From Azolla caroliniana (Eukaryota > Plantae > Polypodiophyta), in assembly GCA_043228905.1 (NCBI GenBank), contig JBHGNT010000021.1:5146001-5210000 (forward strand): DNA of 64,000 bases. Direction: 5' to 3'. A program made the position numbers and the translations under genes. Position 1 is the stretch's first letter. Every line of letters starts with the position of its first letter. The notes beneath the pieces are model-generated. The model saw only the letters and a list, made by a program, of their open reading frames with translations, had not been told where the DNA came from and ran no database searches. Positions 1-11,565 of the stretch are shown here, in pieces.

Positions 1-232
1 AATCAAATGATGGACAAACATCTTCCTTTAACAATCAAATTAACAAACCGATCAAACAAGCAGATGAATAAAAACCTTAATCTATCAATCAACTGAAAGA
101 AATGAGTGAATCAACAGCTTAATTGAACAACCCAAGGCATGGATGAAAATCTTATTCTTTTAGTGAAAAACAGAATATATCAATCAAATGAATGAAACAT
201 TAAATCTAGTACGAGAATATGTAAGGACCAAC

Positions 233-726
233 CTGTGGATCTTCAACAATGAAATTGGTAGGGCATGCCAAATGGAAGACACCATTGCAACCCTTGACAT
301 GCTCATCAAAGTCTCCCTCCACAAGAAGATCACCTTTCACAATATCCAAGCGTTGAGCCAATGCTGGATCAATTTCTAGCAAAGGTTGCAGATCTTGCTT
401 ATCCTCTGGCATTATTAAAAAGGCCTCACATTATTATTATTGTTATTGCGAAAATCTTTTTTTTGGCCAAATTGACAACATTATAAATACAAAAATGGTA
501 GTAGAAGACAAGATGCGGGAAGAAAAATTGTGGAAATAAAAATAAAGCTATTAGGAAGAGAAGAAAAGATATGAGAAACGAGGGCGGAAATGGTGAGCAA
601 TATAAGTGGACCTGGGTTCAATACTGCAGCTCGCACTCTGTATCCTCTTTCCAGGAGTCGCAAGACGAGCATTGACCCGAGATGACCTGAGCTACCAGTC
701 ACCAACACTGTGCTCTGTGTTTCCAT
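233..726 (-). CDS. DFR: DFR-like (dihydroflavonol 4-reductase / extended SDR family) paralog A, partial: exon1 726-612, exon2 405-233; the rest lies beyond the left edge
   Basis: ATG at 726; [17 protein letters not shown] (Rossmann GxxGxxG); GT/AG at 611/406 and GT at 232; exon sizes 115 and 173 nt are identical to the complete paralog; GCNGVFHLA motif. Confidence 0.88.
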
Positions 727-882
727 GGAGACCTTCCTCAAACCCCCTAAGGCTCTAATCCTGGAAACCCTTTTACCTAAAACCCTAATCCTCGAGCATT
801 AAAAAAAAACCCAAAACCCTGATTTGATTAAATCCCTAGATCCTTGCAGCTTTCAAGCCAGACATCGGTGGCATATGTGTAT

Positions 883-886
<4 letters not shown>

Positions 887-935
<49 letters not shown>

Positions 936-944
936 GGGAGAGAG
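887..944. repeat. (GA)n/(CT)n microsatellite in the 5' region of DFR-like A
   Basis: Long AG dinucleotide run; a shorter AC/AG run lies at the homologous position of paralog B (about 39402-39424). Confidence 0.9.
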
Positions 945-3229
945 CAAGTTACATGTGTGTATGAAGGTAGAGGTGGCATGTCTCCTGCACGAGTTCCACG
1001 TTCTGAGTAGCGTAGCCATAGCTCATTACTACTGCTTAGAAAATGATGGAGAGAGAATCGAAGGGAGTGAGAGAGATGGGGATGGGATGGGATATGTCAT
1101 TTGTCCAAGCCGTTTAAGCCTTAATTTTGGTTTAGGAACTGGTTTGGCTCTAAACGGTTCGGTTCGGCTCGGCTTGAGCCTAGCCAAATCGAACTCAAAC
1201 CGGTTAAGGGGCCATGCCTGGACTTTTATAATGTATCTATATACTCTGTGTAGTGCCAATATGTATCTATATAATAGGTTGAACACCTGTTTCCAAGAGC
1301 ATAACTTGATAGGAGGTTCGTGTTACTTAGTGTTGGGCAAAGTCCCAAGAACAGTGTCAACGTTCTGGTTGCATTGGGACTTTTTGCTGACCAACCGGAA
1401 TCTAGCCGGTTCATATTTTTCGAACGGGCTATTTATATAGTTTTGAAAAAAAGATATATAATAGAAAAACACTTGTATGTTTTTCTTTCCCCCTTCTTGC
1501 CCCCCTTCTTCGCACTGCTCCCTACTCCTTGCTCCTTGCTCACTGCCGCTACCCACTGATTGCACAACATTTGATGTTCACTACCCCACCACTCTAAAAT
1601 ATGTATTTTGTTTGTTTTTCTTTCTCTGTTTCTTAATTATCTCTATTTCTCTCCTTTTCTCGTTGTTTGAATCGGTTTTCCTCTCGATTTCTCTCTGTTT
1701 GAATTTGTTTGAGTGCTATGCGCATGATGGTAATCCACTTCCGATTCATGTGAAGGTGTTTACTTGGTGGTCAATGGTGGGTGGGTGGCATTTGGTGTCA
1801 AATTTTAAATGTCTATTCTTGTGCCATCTTAGGGCTACCCCATTGCTGCACACACCTACAACTTGGAATGCTTACTCTTACACTCGCATCTAATATTTCC
1901 TTAGGGGTAACATTATTCATCGTCATAGGAAGTGTGAAGTTGGTATCGTTGTCTTCGAAAGGTGTAGCCAGTAGGTGTCTAATCATCTCGATTCTAAGAA
2001 TCTGAGCATTCTATTCAAGGGATAACCATTGTGGGTTTCATGTGTCTACATTTTAAATCTCCATCTAACCATAACTATAGAGTAGTGATAATTGGTATTG
2101 AAGGATAATAACTATATTATTTAAGACTAACCGTCCCTTTTGTTATTGACATGGATACTTTAAGTTGGAACAAAACTAGACTAATCTTCAAAGGTCCCTT
2201 TTTGTGTCACAAAGATCAGATATCTTTTTTGCTTTTTGCTTCCACCTTGTTTAAGCATGTTTTAAAATCAACAAAGGGGTTTGTTGGCCCTTGCATTGCC
2301 AAAATCATGGTAGTTTGAAATTCCTCGTCCACATTATTTGCCCATCACTCATCCTAAAAGAGGCACATATTCCCCTGAGGCTACGTCGACGGGAGAACAG
2401 AGGAACATATGCGTCGACAATAGAGGGAGGATCAAATGACGACAACAGAGTCATCGAACAACGACTCGGTTGTGAGGAGCGATGGCCACAGAGGGATCTT
2501 CAAACAACGACTCGGCTGCTTCAGACCCTGCACGAGCATCATCCCCAAACCTTCTAGACAACAATGGGACACAAGTATGTCATGAACATCTATTTAATCG
2601 CATTGATACTGAAACAGAATAGGAAATACAAGGGGTGGACAATCGAAATGGTCCCTCGATGCATGCAATGGGAGCCTTTGTTCTCTCCTCGGAAGAAGAA
2701 AGCCTTATGGAGAGTGAATTAATACATCTCAAACGGGAATCTGTTGTGGTGAAAGTGGTGGGTAGTCGACCTAATAGAGCAATGTTGCGTGATTGGCTGC
2801 AAAGCTGTCTATAAGAAGACCTTGGTAAATTGAAGGACATTGCATTTATGGGAAAGGGGTTCTACCATGTCACAATGATGCCGGAAATGAATATATGCAA
2901 AATTGTTGAGAACAACCTACTGATTTGGCACAATGCGAGAGCCCTAGAGGTTAGGAGAACATGCATCATGGAAATTGGAAGCAAGGACGGAAAAGTAAAA
3001 TAAGTCTAATGCAATAGAATAATCAACGAATAAACCATGAAATGAGTAAGAATGAAGATGGATGGAAATTTAACACTTATAAATGCAAACAAAAAGTCAT
3101 GGTCGGATAAGAATGGCTCCCACTTAGAAACAAATACGCACTCTTAACCTTAGAGGATAATGAAAACAAACCTAATGAAAGGGAAACAATAACGAAGGCA
3201 ACTCATGAGAGCAATTATGTGGAAGCAAT

Positions 3230-6200
3230 TATGTGGAAAAACCACTGGAGCCCACAGACTCCAAACTATCACAATATGAGAAAGGTACAAGTAGAACCTC
3301 GGAGGCAACGACCTCGAGCTCTGTATCTTCGCCAACTGGAGGTTACAACAGAGTATCACTCTGTATCTCACACTCTCTCTCTCTGTCGCTTACTGTACAA
3401 CAGTTACAACAATATGACAACAACAATACAACCACACTCGATAAAGTGATTGCCCTAAGTCATATTTATGCTTATATGAAATTAGGGCTATTCACAAATA
3501 TAGCCTCAATAGGCTTACTCCAAAAACATATTTACAAATATGTTTTCTCTTCCGATTCTCACTGGGTCCTCTTTATTCATCACCGGATCCCATCCGGAGG
3601 GACCGTTTTCCCAACAAACTCCCCCTTCACTCCAGCATGGGATGTCTCGCAAGCTCGATCCGCTTTCGGCACGCGTCCAGCTTGTCGGTTGCCAACACCT
3701 TGGTCAACATATCCGGCCCGTTCTCCTCCGTGTGGATCTTTGTCAGCACGAACTCTTGATCTTCTACTCTCTCTCGGATCTAGTGGTACCTCCGCTGGAT
3801 ATGTTTCGTCCGGGAATGGTAGGCCGCGTTCTTTGCAAGGTGGATGGCACTTTGACTGTCGCAGTAGAGCCGATATTCCTCATGTTGGATCCCTAGCTCT
3901 CTGATGAAGTCCTTCATCTAGATTATCTCCTTGCTGACTTCTACAACTTCCATGTACTCCGCCTTCATGGTTGACAACGCAACCGTCTTCTGCAGCCTCA
4001 ACTGCCACGAAACAGCTCCCCCTGCATAAGTCATGACATATCCAGATGTAGACCGGCTGGTATCCGCATTAGCCGACATATCCAAATCCGTGAATCCATC
4101 AAGTTGGGGATTACCGGAGCCGAACCGGAGGCACATACTTGTGGTGCCTTTCAAATACCGGAGTATCCACTTGACCGCGTTCCAGTGCTCTCTTCCGGGT
4201 TTGCTCATGAACCGGCTTACCTCTCCGACTTTATATCCGATATCCGGCCGGTTACATACCATCGCATACATCAAGCTTCCGACGGCAGAGGCATATGGTA
4301 TCTTCGTCATATCCGTTTTCTCCACCTTTGTCCTTAGACTTTGTTTTCCGGATAGCTTGCAGTTTGCCGGAAGTGTCGATTCGACTGGCTTCGCCTCCGA
4401 CATGTTGAACCGTTGAAGCACCTTTGTCACATACTTCTCTTGTGACAACCATAATAGCTTCTTCGACTGGTCTCAGATGATGTGCATTCCCAATATCTGT
4501 CTTGCTGAACCCAAGTCCTTCATTGAGAAGGTCCGATTCAGAGCCTTCTTCAGCATCCGAATCTTGCCTTGGTCTCGTCCGACGATCAACATATCATCCA
4601 CATATAGGAGGAGTATGAAGAAATCTCCTCCGTCAAATTTCTTCACAAACACGCAGTGATCGGCCTGCGTCTTATGGTACCCTTGGTTGGTCATGGAGTC
4701 GAACTTCTGGTACCATTGCCGGGGAGCTTGCTTCAGTCCGTATAAGCTCTTCTTCAGCCGGCACACCAAGTGCTCCTTCCCTTTCTTCTCAAATCCTTTT
4801 GGTTGATGCATGTAGATCTCCTCTTCGAGGTCACCATGGAGAAATGCCGTCTTCACGTCCAGTTGCTCTACCTCGAGGTCCATGCTTGCCGCTATTCCGA
4901 ATACCATCCGGATGGATGCCATCTTTATTACCGGGGCAAAGATCTCATCGAAGTCCACTCCTTTCTTCTACTGGAAGCCCTTGACCACGATTCAGGCCTT
5001 ATACCTTGGTGGATTTCCGGCATCTCCCGGTTTCAGCTTGTACACCCACTTGTTCCGGAGTGATCTCTTGCCTTTTGGCAACTCCATCAGTTCATATGTG
5101 TGGTTCTCATGTAGGGAATCCATCTCATCTTGCATGGCACTCAACCACTTGTGGTTGTGGGTGTCTCTCTTTGCTTCTTCGAAGCTTTCCGGCCCCCCCT
5201 CATCGGTTAGCAACACATGCTCTGCATCCGGAAATCTCCGGGGGGTTCTTCTCTCTCGGAGAGGATATCTCCATCCTTGGTTTCTGACTGCTGGTTCCTC
5301 CATTTGTTCCTCATCCTCATCCGATTCGGGATCTTGTCCGGTTCCGACCGGTTCGTCGAGTGTCATCCGGTTACCGACTAGCGTCCGGTTTTCAACCTGG
5401 TAAGTCCTTGTGTCCTCAAGCCGGTTTTCATTGAATGATCTGGAGTTCATCACCTTCTTCTCCGACTCCCAGTCGGCAATGGTTCCATCTTCCATGAAGA
5501 CTATGTCTCGACTCTGGAACACCTTCTTGTCGATCAGATCCCAAACCCGGTAACCGAACTCATCATCTCCGTATCCAAGGAATATGCATGGCCTGGACTT
5601 CGGATCCATCTTTGCCCTCTTGTCCTTGGCAACATGCACATATGCGAGACACCCGAACTCCTTCAGATGATGGTAAGATACATCTTTATTGGTCCATACT
5701 TTCTGAGGTGAGTCTCCTTCCAAGGGTGTTGAGGGTGATCTATTTATCACATAGGTTGCTGTCGTCAATGCCTCAACCCAAAACTTCTTGGGTAACTTTG
5801 CATGTGCAAGCATGCTCCAGACTCTCTCCATTATGGTTTGGTTCATCCTTTTGGCATCTTCGGCACGGTGAACTCGAGCCAGATTCCCTTCCACCGGCAG
5901 TACTCCTCGAAGTGCCCCCAGTATTCTCCTCCGTTATCTACTCGAACCGCCTTCAACTTTCGGCCGGTTTCTCTTTCCACTCTCGCGTGTAGTTCCTTGA
6001 AGACGAATAGCACCTGATCCTTCGTCTTCAACGGTGAGACCCACAACTTCCGGCTGTGGTCATCTATGAATGTCACGAAGTACTGCGATCCGGCATGTGA
6101 CTTCGTGTCCACTTGATGCACATCAATATGCATCAGCTCCAATGGTGCATTTCATCTCATCTGTAGTTTTGACTGGAAGGAGGTTCGGTTTTGCTTGCTG

Positions 6201-8157
6201 GCAAGACAATCGGTGCACTTCCCAAGTTGCACGTCCTTCACCGGAATGAGATTGTCTTCGGCAAGTTTCTTCATCCCCTTCTCACTCATGTGACACAGTC
6301 TTTTGTGCCACAACTCACCAATAGTATTGGATGCTACGATCACTTCTTCCCGGCATATCCGGGCATTCATCAAGTACAATGTGTTGACCTTCCAGGCTCG
6401 AGCCACTATTAGGCTCCCTTTGCAGAACTTCATGACTCCATTCCGGATGCTACCTGTGTAGCCTTCATCATCTAGCTGGCCGGCTGATATCAGGTTCAGT
6501 CGAACCTCTGGAACGTGTCGAACATCCTTTAGCAACAACTTGCATCCGGTTGATGTCGTCAACAACACATCTCCAATGCCGATAATTCGGCATGTACCTT
6601 CATTCCCCATCCGGACACAGCCATGATCACTGACTCTATAGGATGATAAGCATTTCCGATCCGGTGTCAGGTGGAACGATGCTCCGGAATCGACAACCCA
6701 CGTTGTCTTGTCGCCGACAAGGTTTAACTCATTCTCCTCAGTGATGAGCATCAATTCCTCTTCAGTTGTCACGATTGCCGACGTTCCTTTCCGATCCGGG
6801 CCTCTCCTATTCGAACCGTTTTGGTCCGAACTCTTCTTTGAATCGGTGGTGCCGGTTTCTTTCTCCTTCCGGAAATGCTGGCAGTTCTTCTGGAAGTGCC
6901 CCGACTTCCCAAATAGAAGCAAGTAGGCCTCCCCCTTGACTTCGACCTCATCCCCGACTTGTCCCAGTTTTGGGGACTCCAATACTGGCCTCTTCCATGA
7001 CCAAGGACTTCGGATCGGTTCCGGACTCCCGGTCCTTCTAGCGAGCTTCTTCATCTAGCCAGCTTGATTTTACCCTTGTTAGGGACAACTGCTTTGCTTC
7101 CGGCCTGGCGTTGCCCAACGTGACAACTAGCGTCTCCCAACTATCCGGGAGGGAACTGAGCAGAAGTAATGCGAGTACCTCATCAGCAAGAGGTACTTCC
7201 AATGAGGTTGCCTGGTGGATCAGTCCCTCGAAGGCATTCATGTGCTCCGCCATACTAGAGCCATCCTAGTACCGGAGCCTCACTAGCTTCCGGATTACCA
7301 AAACCCAATTAACAACATTCTTGTTCTGGAACATGATGCCGATCTTCTCCCAGAGTTCATGATCCTTGCTTTCTTCATTGAAGTGGTTGTACAAGCTCAT
7401 GTCGATGAGCATCGGATGTACGTCATTGTCTTCATGTGCATCACCTCCCACACTATGGCGTTGATCTTATCTGGTCTCTTATCCCCGAACTGAACCGGAA
7501 ACCAAAGATCTTTAATCACCAGCATAGCCCTCATCTTCGACTTCCACACTGAGTAATTGGAGTTGATGAGCTTGAACATGCCGCCGAATGATTCTTCCAT
7601 TTCTTGTGTTGTTCGCTCTGATATCAGCTTGTTGAGAACAATGCGGAATATTGCTCGGCCACAACCGAGTCTTGAATCACTTCAAAAGAGAATGAAACAC
7701 AGAAATGGGAAATGGAGAGCACACAAGATGTTTATGTGGAAAACCCTAATAGGGAAAAACCATTGGAGCCCAAAGACTCCAAACTATCACAATATGAGAA
7801 AGGTACAATCAGAGCCTCGGAGGCAACAACCTCGAGCTTTGTATCTTCGCCAACCGGTGGTTACAACAGAGTATCACTCTGTATCTCACACACTCTCTCT
7901 CTGTCGCTTATTGTAAAATGGTTACGACAATACAACCACACTCGATAAAGTGATTGCCCTAAGTCAAATTTATACTTATATGAACTTAGGGCTATTTACA
8001 AATATAGCCTCAATAGGCTTACTCAAAAAACATATTTACAGATATGTTCTCTTCCGGTTCTCACCGGTTCTCCTCCGGTTTCTGGATTTCTTCTGGTTCT
8101 CACCAGGTCCTCTTTATTCATCACCGGATCTCATCCGGAGGGACCGATTTCCCAACA
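3230..8157 (-). mobile_element. Ty1/Copia element 'Copia-1' (degenerate; 3' LTR end deleted)
   Basis: 5' LTR 7630-8157 (TG..CA); tRNA-iMet-type PBS (TGATATCAGAGC) at ~7615-7626; gag, zinc knuckle, protease DSGAS, integrase, RT YVDD, RNase H; PPT beside the truncated 3' LTR (~3230-3616). Confidence 0.92.
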
Positions 8158-8368
8158 CCTTGATCTGGAGTTCGGGCAAGGCGAATGAAGAAGGCATATG
8201 CTACATAAATGTGAAATTTAGGAAGCTTCCTAAACTGATCATGGAATTCATGGTATACATCCCTAAAATGTTGACACAGTTGCAAGAGGAAAATCTCCAA
8301 GAGAGGATATTAGCTACCATAGTGGAAGCGGAAAATGCATTGGCCGGGCCATAGAAGATGCAAGTTAT

Positions 8369-10850
8369 ATGAATCTTAGCTTGCTAACTTGGAATATACA
8401 AGGAATTGGTGGCACCCAATTCCAGATGAAAAAGAATGTATTGGCTGCTGAAATTCAGCATTGCACTGAGGCAATGGTGCCTGATGTTATCTTGGTGCAG
8501 GAGCACCATCTAGATGGGGATAAGATCGATAAAATTGGAAGCATTTGCCCTGGGAATTGGACCAATACATGGTCAATAACTACGGGGGTCGTGCTATCTA
8601 CATAAGGATAAAACATAGTTGTGGGCACTTGGGCATACTGAACATATATGCCCCAAATTCAACTACTGAAAGACAAGAATTTTGGTTGCAATTAGTGGCC
8701 AAGAAACCATATGCTGAGTTGTGGATCATTGGAGGAGACTTTAATATGGTGGAGCATCCAGAAGATAGAAGAGGCAATGCAAATGGCACGGTGCATAGGG
8801 CGGAGAAGTATGCATGGGATAAGATTTGTTTAGCATATAATGTGATAGACTGTTGGAATGAACCTAACTTTCAAATGCAAAAAGAAAAATCTCTTCGATA
8901 CTCTAGAGTAGGAGGAAGCGTGCATGGGAGGACGATGTCCAGGCTGGATAGATGGTATTTGGACCATTAGCTCATGGATAGGAAAGGCAGATGCATTATT
9001 TGTCTGGGTACAATGTTCTTTGATCATGCCCCAGTTCTGTTGCACATACAAGAAAACAATCAATGCAAGCTACATAATGTGAAGGTGAGCAAGGGATTGG
9101 TTATGGATACTAAATAGACCGATGATATACAAAAACTATGGTCTAATATCAAATGGAGGTACCTTGACCCTGCTCATAGGCTGGCTGGGAAACTTGAGGA
9201 ATGTGCAGGGTTTTTTCGACAAAAAGCGATTGAAATTAGAAAAGAGATAAGGGAGAAAATGCAGAGAATGCAATGGTCACTCGCTTCTATGCAACGACTA
9301 AGAGAATTATACTCACATAATGTAAGGATTGAGGCTCGACTAGAGGAGGCCAAAAGCAAATTAGAGATGTACCAAAAACTTAGGAGTACCTATGCCTATC
9401 GAAGTAAGGCAACAAGCTGGATGAGGGTAGAAGATCGGGTTACTACAAGATTTTTTGAAGTTGTTAAATGCAAAGGATTCGGGATTCAACCTTCATGTTT
9501 AAAAAAGTCAAATGGCATAATGACCGCATGCAAAGAGGAAATGCTTGAAATAGCCACAAGCTATTATACTCAACTACTAAATGTATGCAATGAGGAACTG
9601 ATTGATCAAGTTTCCTTTCGAAATATAATAAATAGGATACCAAGGAAAGTTATGGTTCAGATGATGGACCGACTAAATACCCCTATAGGTATGCATGAAT
9701 TGTGGGATGCTATTGGGGATATGAACAAACAAAGCTGTGCAGGAATTGATGGATTTCCTATATACTTTTACATCAAATATTGGGATCTAATTAAGGATGA
9801 CATGCTGGAATGGATGCAATACATTATGGTAGAAGGATTAATGCCCACAACGCTTCAGGTAAAGATTTATTTAATACCCAAGGTTCAGGTAAAGACATAA
9901 CAACGCTTGATAATTGAAGACCATTGACGATTCTCACTAATGCTTATAAGATAATGGCCAAAGTTGTAGGTAAGAGATTGAAAATGGTACTTGGGGACAT
10001 TATACATACAACGCAAACTGGGTTCTTGGAAAACCGGAGCATTGTTGACAATGTGATAACATTCTAGGAATACTCAACATGGGCGGAGGAGCAAGAAGTG
10101 GACCTAGCAGTAATGCTACTCGAGTTTGAAAAAGCATATGACAGATTTCATGGGATTTCCTAGAAGCAGTGATGGCAGCCCTAGGCTTTGAACAACAACG
10201 GATCCTTGGAATGGGTGCCTTTTACAGAGGAGCATCCAACCAGGTTTTAATGCCTGGAAGTATGGGGAAGAGGTTTAAGATGCTACATTCGGTACGCCAA
10301 GGATCATTGTAGCAGAAGGTTTGCATTATCAAATTGTCGATAGATCTTGGCAAATACAAGGCCTCACCTTGCATGATGATGAAGGTATGGTGCTTGATAC
10401 GGCATATGCCGATGGCACAATGACCTATGTCAAAGGTGATGCACACAACTTGGGCAGATTGCAAAATGCAATTGATGAGTTTTGTAGGGGATCAGATGCT
10501 AAAATAAATTGGAATAAATTGGAATAAATTGGTGGGCATTTGGATCAGTAATAAGCCCATGTTAAATTGGGTCCCTAACCCCAATTTTAGATGGTTGAGG
10601 ATAGGAGAAGCTCTAGATACTTGGAAGCGAAGCTAATATGGTGGACAAAATAAAAGCGAAGCTAATATGGTGGAATGCAAGAAAACTATCCTTTGCGGGC
10701 AAGATTGTGATTGCAAATCAGATTCTAATGGCCACTATATGGCATACTGCTGCATGCTGGATAATCGTGCCCAAGTCGATGAAATTGATAAAGAGTATTA
10801 TCAGAAATTTCTTATGGGGGGGGGGGGGGGGGGGGGGGGGGGGAGCACAA
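8369..10850 (+). pseudogene. L1 ORF2 endonuclease and reverse transcriptase, frameshifted
   Basis: APE motifs and RT motifs (QTGF, EFEKAYD, SVRQG, YADG) broken by stops and frameshifts. Confidence 0.85.
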
Positions 10851-11565
10851 TCTCGTGAAGAATGTGCTTCACGATATAAAAATGAACTTAAATATTGTAT
10901 TTAGTAATATTTAAGGAACTTGAACCCACACCCTTATATATGAAATACAATGTACATGCCACTAAGCTATTCTATTTATTTTTGGAAGTATTGTAAAGAA
11001 TGTGCTTCATGATATAAAAATGAAGCTAAAATATTGTATTGAGTAAAATTGAGGGACTTGAACCCTCAACCTTGTATACCAAGCACAAGGTATATACAAC
11101 TTAACTCAAGTCCCTCAACCTTGTATACCAAGCACAAGGTATATACAACTTAACTAGGTTAGTTATTCTAGAATGTATTTCCATCATTATACTTATCCCA
11201 TGTCTATTTTCATACATGGAAGCTGAAATGAGTGAGATGTCTATCATGCATCACATGTAATGCATGAACACCAAATGACGATCATGCATCACATGCATTT
11301 CATGCATTGTATGCATGTCTTTACCCTCACATGCATTATATGGATGAGGCCACCTATAAAAAGAGGGAAATCAAATAAGGGAGGGAATCAAGAGAAAGTT
11401 ACAGAATAATATAATGAAACAAATAAGTTAGCTTGTTGGCGAAGAGGCTCGTGTTTCCAAGTTAGAGTCAAGGGTTCGAATCAAGAGTCGATAGAGAAAG
11501 AGTTCATCTTGCTATCAAGCATTGTAAAGTTGGTAAAATCTTGTATTCGTAATATTATACATCAT

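Noticed and set aside
1100-1220. AACCG-rich hAT-like remnant upstream of DFR-A
   Set aside because: Only one possible terminus and no TSD found.
844-1440. 198-aa plus-strand ORF with an RE repeat
   Set aside because: Product of the GA microsatellite in the DFR-A upstream region; no recognisable domain.
10816-10843. Poly-G run / poly-Gly ORF
   Set aside because: Slippage expansion of the LINE FLWGG codons or homopolymer error; no evidence of function.
10905-11160. Functional tRNA genes (including an apparent UCA anticodon in module A)
   Set aside because: Acceptor and D stems do not pair properly; kept only as tRNA-like promoter modules.
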